A program made the translations under genes and the position numbers. The notes beneath the pieces are model-generated. The model saw only the letters and a list, made by a program, of their open reading frames with translations. It did not search any database and was not told where the DNA came from. From an archaeon (GTDB lineage: Archaea > Nanobdellota > Nanobdellia > Pacearchaeales > JAPDKA01), in assembly GCA_029258825.1 (NCBI GenBank), contig JAPDKA010000001.1, positions 101,797 through 165,796 on the forward strand: a stretch of DNA of 64,000 bases. Reading direction: 5' to 3'. Shown piece after piece: positions 55,824 to 64,000 of this stretch (position 1 is its first letter; every line of letters starts with the position of its first letter).

Positions 55824-56435
55824 TTAAATATTTTTTGTCAAACCCAATAAAGCAAAAACAAGACTGTCAACAACAACATTGGTTGAATTAACATCAGCGT
55901 TAACAAGCAGACAATCATCAAAGTTAACTTGTGTAATGTTTGAACTATTAAAAACAACAACAATACTCTGACTTGTTTTACTGCAAGTTTTTCTTGGTAG
56001 CTGTTTACAGTAGCTGTATTGCCATGTTTCAAGACAACATGGTTGAATACGCAATGCTTTAGCACTTATTAAACTAAGCAGGAAAGCTAAATTGTATGCA
56101 TCAAAATTAGGCGATATTGCAGTATAAACAACTTTATCACTAAAATCATCTAATGTAATATTAGGCAATGGTACAGTTTGATTTGGTAGTATTGTAGTTG
56201 TTAAAGACACTTGTTTGTTATTTACCATTACATTAGTATGCCATAATCCGTCTGTAAAGTAAAATTTATGGCCGTAAAGCTTTACAGTTTTTCTACTGCT
56301 GTGCTGCTGTAAAGCAAAGCCAGCAATGCTAAATACCATTACAGCTGCAATGAACAAACTAAAAAGCAACTGCATGCGTTTTTGTTTTTTCAATTCTTGT
56401 TGTTTCTTTGAAATCGGTTTTAGCATCGTCATCAT
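55824..56435 (-). CDS. Membrane-anchored hypothetical protein
   Basis: FIAAVMVFSIAGFAL TM; LPRKTC; architecture similar to 54472-55119. Confidence 0.7.
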   Translation of the reverse strand: MMTMLKPISKKQQELKKQKRMQLLFSLFIAAVMVFSIAGFALQQHSSRKTVKLYGHKFYFTDGLWHTNVMVNNKQVSLTTTILPNQTVPLPNITLDDFSDKVVYTAISPNFDAYNLAFLLSLISAKALRIQPCCLETWQYSYCKQLPRKTCSKTSQSIVVVFNSSNITQVNFDDCLLVNADVNSTNVVVDSLVFALLGLTKNI

Positions 56436-56579
56436 TGCTATTACTTAAGCAGTATTTTTATAATTTTCTTTTTTATTTTTTGTTTGGTTTTACTTGTAGC
56501 AATATGTATAAATTATACATGTAATAATACATATACATTAAAAAATTTGCATAATTTGCATTAAATTACATCAAGTTTG

Positions 56580-57350
56580 TCAAGTTCGCAACAATTTTTC
56601 TAGCGTTATTGCATTGCGTACTGCATAAGCATTAAAATCATTATTGAAATAACAGAATAATTGTTTCGGTTTTGGCTTAAGATTTTTTATTGCGATTACC
56701 CATTGTTGAAGTTCTTCTTTGCTATAATCATAGCGATACCACTTTTTTCCGTGAAAACGCACATAAACTACATCAGAAGTTTTAACGATCTGTTCTGGTA
56801 GTGAGGGAGCAGAAACAGCACAAAACACAATATTGTACTGCCTTAATAATTCATAAACCTGATCATTCCACCAACTAGAATGGCGAAACTCTATAACATT
56901 AACAACATCTTGTTGTAAGCATGACAAAAAAGTCTTAAGCCTTCTTAGCATTGCATCACTATATTTGAATGAAGGTGGAAGTTGAAACAATACACAGCCC
57001 AATGATTTATCAAGCAGTTTTGCCAAGCTATAAAATTTCTGCAACAATTTTTTTACATTCTTCAACTTTTTAATATGCGTAATTTCTTGATTTGCTTTTA
57101 ACGTAAACAAAAATTGTCCTGCCTTGCCTTGTTTAGCTTTACCCTTAAGTTTGCTTACCCTGCTTGCTTTTTCACGCCAACCCACAATTGTTGATTCACG
57201 TGGCCACCTATAAAATGTTGCATTTATTTCAACAGTATTAAAGTATTTTGCATAATACTCAAACCATTTATTACTAGTTAGCTCGACAGGATAGAACAAA
57301 CCACGCCAATGCCAATAGGCAAAACCTGATGTGCCTACATAACACTGCAT
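56580..57350 (-). CDS. DUF72 (YecE-like) protein
   Basis: VGTSGF, FNTVEINATFY, LFQLPPSF, EFRHSSW, YVRFHG, YFNND. Confidence 0.93.
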   Translation of the reverse strand: MQCYVGTSGFAYWHWRGLFYPVELTSNKWFEYYAKYFNTVEINATFYRWPRESTIVGWREKASRVSKLKGKAKQGKAGQFLFTLKANQEITHIKKLKNVKKLLQKFYSLAKLLDKSLGCVLFQLPPSFKYSDAMLRRLKTFLSCLQQDVVNVIEFRHSSWWNDQVYELLRQYNIVFCAVSAPSLPEQIVKTSDVVYVRFHGKKWYRYDYSKEELQQWVIAIKNLKPKPKQLFCYFNNDFNAYAVRNAITLEKLLRT

Positions 57351-57365
57351 TTTATTCGGTTAAAT

Positions 57366-58130
57366 TTATTCATAAAATTTGATTATCTTCTTTTTTATAT
57401 CTGCCCGCCCAACATAATCCTTGAATTTGTCTAATGTTAATAGCTCAAATTTAGCTGGCTGAAATTGTTGTGTTTGAGATTGCCGCATTTGTTCATCTTG
57501 TATAGCTTGTTGCATATTTAGTTCAGGTGCAAAAAATTGTCGCTTTTCAGTTTTTATCACCTTTCTTTCGATGTCAGACAAATTCGCTAAATCTTCTACC
57601 TTAACAAAATTTATTTGTTCTGTATGTTGTTCTTCAGCATAAAATTTTTGTCCAGCTTCATAAAATTGCTTTGCTTCATACATGGGTGTTGCTTTATATT
57701 TGATTTCTTTTTCTTGCTTTTCTTCTTCATTGCTCCACCCAACAATGTCAGAGGTTTTTTCTTCTAGTTTTTGTTTTTCTGTTGTTATTGTTCGGGTTGT
57801 TTGAGTTTGTGTTAATGGTTGCGATTGCTTTACTTGAAATTGTAAAGGCATATCAAACTCAACAGGCTGTAACAAATGTTCATGCCATGCTATTGCTGTT
57901 TGTTTCGTTTCTTGTGCTTCATCCTTTTCCTGCTTTGTTTGTTGCTTTTGCTGCTTTTCTTCTTGTTGTTTTTCCTTTTCTTGCTTTTCCTTTTGCTTTG
58001 TTTGTATTTTCTCTGTTTGTTCTGTTTGTCCATTCTTTGTCTGTTTTGCTTGTTCTGCTTGCTTTGTTTGTTGCTCTTGTTTCTCGTTTTCTCCTTTCTT
58101 GCTTTTTTCATTATTTCCATTATTTTGCAT
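57366..58130 (-). CDS. Low-complexity Q/K/E-rich hypothetical protein
   Basis: 254-aa ORF with native codon usage, divergent from rnj. Confidence 0.6.
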   Translation of the reverse strand: MQNNGNNEKSKKGENEKQEQQTKQAEQAKQTKNGQTEQTEKIQTKQKEKQEKEKQQEEKQQKQQTKQEKDEAQETKQTAIAWHEHLLQPVEFDMPLQFQVKQSQPLTQTQTTRTITTEKQKLEEKTSDIVGWSNEEEKQEKEIKYKATPMYEAKQFYEAGQKFYAEEQHTEQINFVKVEDLANLSDIERKVIKTEKRQFFAPELNMQQAIQDEQMRQSQTQQFQPAKFELLTLDKFKDYVGRADIKKKIIKFYE

Positions 58131-58180
58131 GTAAAATACAAATCAATAAAATATTTAAACTAATCGTTTTTCTGTTTAAT

Positions 58181-59530
58181 ATGAAAATCAATGTTTATAC
58201 TGTTGGCGGCTACAACGAAGTTGGCAAAAACATGACAGTAGTTGAACTTAGCGAAGATGCTTTCATTTTTGACTGCGGGCTTTATCTGCCGCCAGTAGTT
58301 GAACTTGAGAATAAAGAACATATGGATGAAAAATTACTGCGCGAAATAGACGCACTGCCCAACGATTTATTTCTTGATAAATTAGGCTTAAGAAGTAAAG
58401 TAAAAGCAATTGCAGTAAGTCATGCCCATCTTGATCATGTTGGTAGCTTACCATTTCTTGCTTATCGTTATGATGCACCAATATTAGCAACACCTTTCAC
58501 AGCTGAAGTGCTGAAAAGCTTAATTAGGGATATCACAGATGAGAAGGCAAAAATCAGAGCAAGAAAAAACAAGATAATAAGCATAATGCCAAATTCTAGT
58601 TACAGCATTAATGCAAAAAAGATTCATGAAGTGGAGTTTATTCATGTAACTCACTCAACTTTGCAAACAGCAATAATAGCACTACATACAGATGAAGGAA
58701 TCATAATGTATGCCAATGACTTTAAGCTGGACAACACACCAACACTTGGAAAAAAACCAAATTATGAAAGACTAAAGAAGCTAGCTAAGCAAGGCATAAA
58801 AGCATTAATCGTAGAATCGCTTTATGCTGCTGATGAAAGAAAAACACCAAGTGAAAGAATTGCTTACGATTTGCTGGAAGATGTTATGCTTGGAACTAGT
58901 AATGAAAATTCTGCAATAGTTGTTACTACATTCTCTAGTCATATAGCAAGACTGAATAGCATAGTGAAGATCGCAAACAAACTTGGCAGAACGCCAATAC
59001 TGTTCGGAAGAAGTTTAAAACGTTATACTACTGCAGCTAAAAAAATAAACATGCTTCCTTTCGATGCACCAACTTTGAGTTTTAAAACAGAAATCCAACG
59101 AGGATTCAAAAAAGTTGCAAAAAACAAAACAGACTATGTTGTAATATGTACAGGACACCAAGGTGAGCAAGGAAGCATATTAGACAGATTAAGCAAAGGT
59201 CAATTCAAGTTTAAACTTAGCAAAGATGATCACGTTATTTTTTCTAGCCGTACTATTCCATCACCAATAAACATCGCTAATAGACAACAACTGGAAAAAA
59301 GGTTAAAAGAAGCAGGTGTGAGAATTTTTACAGACGTCCATATTAGTGGCCATGCAGGCAGAGAAGACCTACGAGATTTTATAAGGATGCTAAATCCAGA
59401 ACATATTATTCCTGCACATGGAGAATTGCAAAAAAGAACTGCGCTCGCTGAACTTGCATCTGAGCTAGGCTACAGTTTAGGATATAATATACATCTTACA
59501 GAAAACGGTAAACTTGTGATGATAAATTAA
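58181..59530 (+). CDS. rnj: Ribonuclease J (beta-CASP)
   Basis: VGGYNEVGKNMT, SHAHLDHVG, DFKLD, TTFSSHIAR, HISGH, IPAHG; start reassigned to ATG 58181. Confidence 0.95.
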   Translation: MKINVYTVGGYNEVGKNMTVVELSEDAFIFDCGLYLPPVVELENKEHMDEKLLREIDALPNDLFLDKLGLRSKVKAIAVSHAHLDHVGSLPFLAYRYDAPILATPFTAEVLKSLIRDITDEKAKIRARKNKIISIMPNSSYSINAKKIHEVEFIHVTHSTLQTAIIALHTDEGIIMYANDFKLDNTPTLGKKPNYERLKKLAKQGIKALIVESLYAADERKTPSERIAYDLLEDVMLGTSNENSAIVVTTFSSHIARLNSIVKIANKLGRTPILFGRSLKRYTTAAKKINMLPFDAPTLSFKTEIQRGFKKVAKNKTDYVVICTGHQGEQGSILDRLSKGQFKFKLSKDDHVIFSSRTIPSPINIANRQQLEKRLKEAGVRIFTDVHISGHAGREDLRDFIRMLNPEHIIPAHGELQKRTALAELASELGYSLGYNIHLTENGKLVMIN

Positions 59531-59539
59531 ATCGTTAGA

Positions 59540-60409
59540 ATGGCAAAACGATTCAAAAAAGTTCTGCTTGAAAGATTAGCAGAAAAACTAAATAAAAAAC
59601 AATTAGAGCTAATAAGCAATAATCTTGCAAGCGGTTTTCAACGCATCGGTGATATTGCAATACTAACATTAAATCAACAGGCAATAAACGAGCAATTACA
59701 AAAGATTATTGCTGAAACGATGCTAAAATTGTTTCCACAAATAAAAACAGTATGCGTAAAGACAGGTAGTATAATCGGACAGTACAGAAAACCGCAAATC
59801 AAAGTTATAGCGAGTAAAGCAAGAAGTAGAAAAACAGAAACAATACACACAGAATATGGTTGCAAATATAAGTTCGACGTAGCAAAAATTATGTGGAGCA
59901 AAGGCAATATCAATGAGCGTGTTAGAATAGCCAAAGCTATTAGGCCTGGCAGCATTGTTGTTGATATGTTTGCTGGTATAGGTTATTTCAGCATTCCGAT
60001 AGCAAAATTAAGTAAGGCAAAACACATTTATGCTATTGAAATAAATAAAACTGCATTCAACTATTTACAGCAGAATATAAAGCTGAATAACATAAAAAAT
60101 ATTACAGCGATTAATGATGACTGTAGAAATGCAATAAATAAGTTGAAGCATAAAGTTAAAGCTGATCACATAGTGATGGGGTTGCTACCTTCTTGTAAGC
60201 AGTATTTAAGCTGTGCAATGCAAATAGCAAAAAAAGGTACAATAATACATTATGAAGGTTTAAGCAATAATCAGGCTAAAAATTTGTTTGAAGAAGTCAA
60301 ACAAGAAGCACAAAAACATAATTTCAAAGCAAAATTGCTGTATGCATCAAAAGTAAAAAGTTACAAGCCAAAATTATGGCATTACACTGTTGACGTTATG
60401 TTAACTTAG
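59540..60409 (+). CDS. Trm5/TYW2 (Met-10+) family SAM-dependent tRNA modification enzyme
   Basis: FQRIGDIAI, MWSKGNINER, VDMFAGIGYFSI, GTIIHYE. Confidence 0.88.
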   Translation: MAKRFKKVLLERLAEKLNKKQLELISNNLASGFQRIGDIAILTLNQQAINEQLQKIIAETMLKLFPQIKTVCVKTGSIIGQYRKPQIKVIASKARSRKTETIHTEYGCKYKFDVAKIMWSKGNINERVRIAKAIRPGSIVVDMFAGIGYFSIPIAKLSKAKHIYAIEINKTAFNYLQQNIKLNNIKNITAINDDCRNAINKLKHKVKADHIVMGLLPSCKQYLSCAMQIAKKGTIIHYEGLSNNQAKNLFEEVKQEAQKHNFKAKLLYASKVKSYKPKLWHYTVDVMLT

Positions 60410-60463
60410 TTTGCATTATTAACAAAAAGATTTATAAATGCTTTTTTTGTTAGTAGTAATAAC

Positions 60464-60802
60464 ATGGAAGAAAAAATTTTGATTAATAATATAAAGAGGT
60501 TTTTAACATCGGCAAATCTTGTTTATAAAACCAAAGATTTTACTTCATCTGCAATTCTTTACTTTAAAGCACTATTTTCAATTTTAGATTTATTGATATT
60601 AAGAAAATTTGGAATAATTCCTAAAGATCATTCAGAAAGGTTTAGAATCTTAGAAAAAGAATTTCCTAAATACTATTCATTACTTGACATGTTATTTCCT
60701 TATTATAGGTATACTTATACTTCAACGATAGAAAAAGAAATTTGCGATAAAATCAAAGAAAATGTTGAAAGAATTATTAAAGAACAAAAAGTTCTTGAAT
60801 AA
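60464..60802 (+). CDS. HEPN-like protein
   Basis: SSAILYFKALF, IPKDHSERFRIL. Confidence 0.75.
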   Translation: MEEKILINNIKRFLTSANLVYKTKDFTSSAILYFKALFSILDLLILRKFGIIPKDHSERFRILEKEFPKYYSLLDMLFPYYRYTYTSTIEKEICDKIKENVERIIKEQKVLE

Positions 60803-61367
60803 AATTAAAAAATTTTTAAATAAAAAAGAGATAATCGATATAATCTTATTTGGTTCTGCTGCAAGAGGTAAAGAAGAAGCAAAAGATATAGACATCCTTG
60901 TTGTTTATGAAGACAATTGTAATAAAGTAATAGAAATAACACAATCGATTAAGAATGAATTGAAAAAAGAATACCATAATGTAGAGGTCATAGGTAAAAA
61001 GTATAAAGAGGTTCTTAAACCAACCTTTCTAGCTAGAGAAAGCCTACTAAGCGAAGGTTTTAGTTTTAAGTATAAGAAGTTTATTTCAGAATGTTTTGGA
61101 TACGAGAATTATATGTTATTTAAGTATTCTTTAAAAGGAAAAAATAAATCTGAAAGAGTAAAATTTTACTATGGATTATACGGTAGAAAAAATGACGGGG
61201 GAATAATAAACAAATATAATTGCTATAAACTTTCAGAAGGAATTTTATTATGCAAAATAGAAAACGCTGAAATTATTAAGATATTCTTTTCTAATTTTAA
61301 CATTGAATACATTTGTTTTCCTATCTTAATTCCTAAAAGAATCATAAAATATAAAATTAAAAAATGA
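60762..61367 (+). CDS. MNT nucleotidyltransferase with C-terminal extension
   Basis: ILFGSAARGKEEAKDIDILV; extra C-terminal domain (FKYSLK..FYYGLYGR). Confidence 0.85.
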   Translation: MLKELLKNKKFLNKIKKFLNKKEIIDIILFGSAARGKEEAKDIDILVVYEDNCNKVIEITQSIKNELKKEYHNVEVIGKKYKEVLKPTFLARESLLSEGFSFKYKKFISECFGYENYMLFKYSLKGKNKSERVKFYYGLYGRKNDGGIINKYNCYKLSEGILLCKIENAEIIKIFFSNFNIEYICFPILIPKRIIKYKIKK

Positions 61368-61561
61368 TTAAGAAAAAAGAGATTAAAAGATTGGCAAAAG
61401 AAGAAGGTAAGAAGATTTCAAAAGAGGCAATTAAATATATTGAAATGTATTTGCTTGATTTGACTAAAAAAATAATAAAAAAAGCAGCGAGAAATGCCAC
61501 ATTTAATGGAAGAAAAATTATAAAAAAAGATGATATTAAAGTGGAAGAAACAATCAGATAA
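61364..61561 (+). CDS. Archaeal histone-fold protein
   Basis: IKRLAKEEGKKISKEAIKYI..IIKKAARNATFNGRKIIKKDDI (L2 R-K-x-I...D motif). Confidence 0.85.
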   Translation: MIKKKEIKRLAKEEGKKISKEAIKYIEMYLLDLTKKIIKKAARNATFNGRKIIKKDDIKVEETIR

Positions 61562-61620
61562 AAAGTCCTTTTTTCTTTGTATTTTGTCTTTCTTCATTAC
61601 AGTAAACGTTCTATTAAAGT

Positions 61621-62757
61621 TTATTCAACAATTATATGTGGTTTTTTATAGCTGAGTTGCCAAGCTAAGGCGTAACAATATGCACCCACATTTTTTATTG
61701 CAAGCAAGTCATTGATCTCAATATTTCCATTATAAATACCAAGCACATCATTAGAAAATAATAATGGACCAGTAATAATGTATCTTACTTGTCTTTGCTT
61801 GGTGTTTTGTTTTTTGTTAGTTTTTTTATTGCTTTTTTCTTTATGCTGCTTATTTAATTTTTCTATCTCTATCTGGGCTAAGCTAAGCTTTGGAACAGCA
61901 TTAATGCCAGCATCACATACAGCATAAAGCTTCCCTGAATTCTGCTTAATATAGTAAACTTTTGTGATTAACTGCATAGCATCGGCAACAAGATAGCGAC
62001 CAGGCTCAAAAATAATTTTAGCGTTAATATGGTAATGCTTAAGCAAATCACATAATGCAATAAAATAATCATCCAGTTTAATGTTTAGGGTTTTCATTCT
62101 TGCTTTATCTGCAAAACCCCCACCAACGTCGATTAACTTAAAATTTATGCTGAGATCTGAAACAACATCAAAGAAAGCAGTTAAAGCTGCTCTGTATTTA
62201 TTCATGTTTAATTGCGTTCCAGGATGAAACGAAAGAGCTTCAAGCCAACCAAGCTGCAAGGCTTTATCAACAGCATCAAAAAACGAGGTTTTATCAAACC
62301 CATGCTTACCCACACCATACCTTATGCCTAACCTAACGCTGATACCAGCTTCAGCATGGCTTGACAATTGTTTACTTAATCGCTTAATTAATTCAAGTTC
62401 TGTAAAATTATCAACATTAATCAACACACCGTGTTTTAGCGCAAGCTTTAGTTCAACTCTTTTCTTACACGGCCCATTAAATATAATTTTTTTCGTAAAC
62501 TTTAATGCTTTTTTTAACTCTCTCAAGCTTGCAACTTCTAAGCCCAGGCCACATTTGACAACGCTATCAAGCACTGCTGTTATGTCGTTTGTTTTAACAG
62601 AATAAAACACATCAAAATTAGTAAAATACTTTGAAGCTGTTTTAACAAATGCTTTTGCATTTTGCTTGATAATACTACAGTTCAACAAATAAAAAGGTGT
62701 TTGCACTGCAGGCAGTTTTTGCTTTTGCTTGGTTTGTTTTTTACTCAGAGTTAACAT
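61621..62757 (-). CDS. Fold-type III PLP enzyme (LysA/ODC-like)
   Basis: YSVKTN, EVAS, FNGPCK, HPGTQ, DVGGGF, EPGRYLV, VGAY. Confidence 0.85.
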   Translation of the reverse strand: MLTLSKKQTKQKQKLPAVQTPFYLLNCSIIKQNAKAFVKTASKYFTNFDVFYSVKTNDITAVLDSVVKCGLGLEVASLRELKKALKFTKKIIFNGPCKKRVELKLALKHGVLINVDNFTELELIKRLSKQLSSHAEAGISVRLGIRYGVGKHGFDKTSFFDAVDKALQLGWLEALSFHPGTQLNMNKYRAALTAFFDVVSDLSINFKLIDVGGGFADKARMKTLNIKLDDYFIALCDLLKHYHINAKIIFEPGRYLVADAMQLITKVYYIKQNSGKLYAVCDAGINAVPKLSLAQIEIEKLNKQHKEKSNKKTNKKQNTKQRQVRYIITGPLLFSNDVLGIYNGNIEINDLLAIKNVGAYCYALAWQLSYKKPHIIVE

Positions 62758-62761
62758 TTTT

Positions 62762-63211
62762 CTATTTTTTCTCAATTAATCGTATCAACTTCTGATAAAC
62801 CTTATTTAAAAAATTATAAACCATTACAGCATATTCTTTATCAAATAGCTTACCATAATAAAGAATACCGTTCCGATTACATCTTAATTTGTTCATAAAC
62901 CATACGTCTGTTTCAGGAAAACCTAATTTTAACATAAAAGAAACTTCTGCCTCATGAGCATTTAATCCTGATGCATAGTAGCCCTGCTTTAACATTATAG
63001 CTCTTAATAATTCTATAATTATATTATAACAATTTTCTATTACTGAATTGGCATTTATATCATTAATGCCATCAAATTTTTCAATTAATTGAAGCAAAAA
63101 GTCGTATCTTTTTTTTGCTTCATCGACAAGATAGTCTGCTCTATTTAAATCAGGAGTTATTCGCCTTACTACACCTTCCTCAACGAATTTGTCAAATGAT
63201 CTAGGCATCAT
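62762..63211 (-). CDS. HEPN-like protein
   Basis: CYNIIIELLRA, NAHEAEV, NRNGILYYG. Confidence 0.8.
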   Translation of the reverse strand: MMPRSFDKFVEEGVVRRITPDLNRADYLVDEAKKRYDFLLQLIEKFDGINDINANSVIENCYNIIIELLRAIMLKQGYYASGLNAHEAEVSFMLKLGFPETDVWFMNKLRCNRNGILYYGKLFDKEYAVMVYNFLNKVYQKLIRLIEKK

Positions 63212-63750
63212 TTTAACTGAATCACACCCTCTAGTACTATGCCTGAATAAATATTATGCTTTAATGCGTTATGGATTTGATTAAATGAATTAAAAAAATG
63301 AAGATAGATTTTTCGTTCTAAGAATTTTTCAAATTTTTTAAGTTCCACAAATTTTTCTTTTCTGCCTATTATAGCTATGTCTATATCAGAATCAATATTA
63401 TCTTCACCACGAGCATAAGAACCGAATAAGATTATTGTGGCACCTGCAAAATGGTTTTCTAGAAATTCTATTAATCCACTTTCTACTATTAATTTTATAT
63501 TTTCAGCCATTTTGAATTTTACTGCTTTTACATTTTCATAATTAAAAGAAACAAGTTTTGCTCTGAACTGTTCCTTCACCTTAATTAGTTTATCCTGTTT
63601 TAGACCTTTAATTGCTTTACTTACTGCAGTAGGCGAAACCTTAAGTAGTTTGGCAATTTCTCTTAACGAAAGATAAGCTCCTGCCTTGATGCATAATAGC
63701 CTAAATATTTCTTGTTGTAATTTTGTAAACTTAAGTTTATATTTGTCCAT
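63208..63750 (-). CDS. wHTH-MNT nucleotidyltransferase
   Basis: SLREIAKLLKVSPTAVSK; LFGSYARGEDNIDSDIDIAII. Confidence 0.9.
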   Translation of the reverse strand: MDKYKLKFTKLQQEIFRLLCIKAGAYLSLREIAKLLKVSPTAVSKAIKGLKQDKLIKVKEQFRAKLVSFNYENVKAVKFKMAENIKLIVESGLIEFLENHFAGATIILFGSYARGEDNIDSDIDIAIIGRKEKFVELKKFEKFLERKIYLHFFNSFNQIHNALKHNIYSGIVLEGVIQLK

Positions 63751-63781
63751 TTTAGTTTACATATGTAAACTTAAGTTTATA
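63724..63781. promoter_or_regulatory. Palindromic operator-like array around the MNT start
   Basis: agtttacat|atgtaaact (63754-63771) plus direct repeat tgtaaacttaagtttata at 63724-63741 and 63764-63781. Confidence 0.65.
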
Positions 63782-63826
63782 AATATTTTGTTTTTATTTT
63801 GTTTTTGATGCTATTATTAATTATCA

Positions 63827-64000
63827 TTAATGCTTCAATTTATGCAAAAATTCTTTGATTTTGAAAATAATGAAGAAATCGTGAATAGGCTTTACAGTTG
63901 CGCCACTTGCAACCTTATGCCCGCCACCGCCAAATAGTCTAGCAAGTTGTAAAACATCAAAATTAGTGTGCGTCCTAAACTCAAGCTTTATGGATTTGGG
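63827..64000 (-). CDS. DHH family phosphoesterase, C-terminal DHHA1 fragment (5' truncated by window edge)
   Basis: Manual read: KLEFRTHTNFDVLQLARLFGGGGHKVASGA. Confidence 0.85.
   Translation of the reverse strand, partial: PKSIKLEFRTHTNFDVLQLARLFGGGGHKVASGATVKPIHDFFIIFKIKEFLHKLKH

Noticed and set aside
56500-56575. Short AT palindromes (atgtata-aat-tatacat) as an operator
   Set aside because: Low complexity, no linked regulator; could arise by chance.
57782-58180. Hydrophobic N-terminal extension making RNase J look membrane-bound
   Set aside because: Antisense shadow of the Q/K-rich gene; the true start is ATG 58181, after a TATA box.
40-62605. Numerous 60-250 aa F/L/S/C-rich ORFs opposite real genes (e.g. 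40-315, 5544-6038, 31911-32504, 53438-54178)
   Set aside because: Antisense shadows of A-rich coding strands, with no motifs or promoters.

Overview
AT-rich chromosomal segment of a reduced-genome archaeon, most consistent with DPANN/Nanobdellota (Pacearchaeota/Woesearchaeota-like; inferred from gene content, not from a database search). Housekeeping backbone: proS, argS, pheS/pheT, thiI, rps12, rps7, EF-1alpha, rps10, rpl10e, rpl14e, rpl35ae, prefoldin alpha, ftsZ, RNase J, form III RuBisCO, four intronless tRNAs (Val, Trp, Thr, Glu). Many short BRE/TATA promoters sit about 25 nt ahead of start codons. Accessory genes are interleaved throughout. Highlights: (1) a three-gene cassette with a 989-aa protein carrying 11 near-identical 45/41-aa helical repeats that vary on one helix face, a C-terminal Cys-Cys domain, a small downstream protein resembling free repeat units, and a GNAT; (2) an Lrp-regulated operon joining a divergent isoprenoid-synthase fold, a frameshifted methyltransferase, a ThiE with an altered acceptor site, and ThiC; (3) bacterial-envelope-type genes (lytic transglycosylase, SPOR-like protein, Lgt); (4) LamG domains bracketed by near-identical DNA anchors; (5) apparent pseudo-enzymes (EndoV, LysA-like); (6) four MNT-HEPN pairs, one coupled to a histone; (7) structured non-coding elements on both sides of ftsZ. 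No CRISPR array, rRNA, transposase, integrase or reverse transcriptase was seen.
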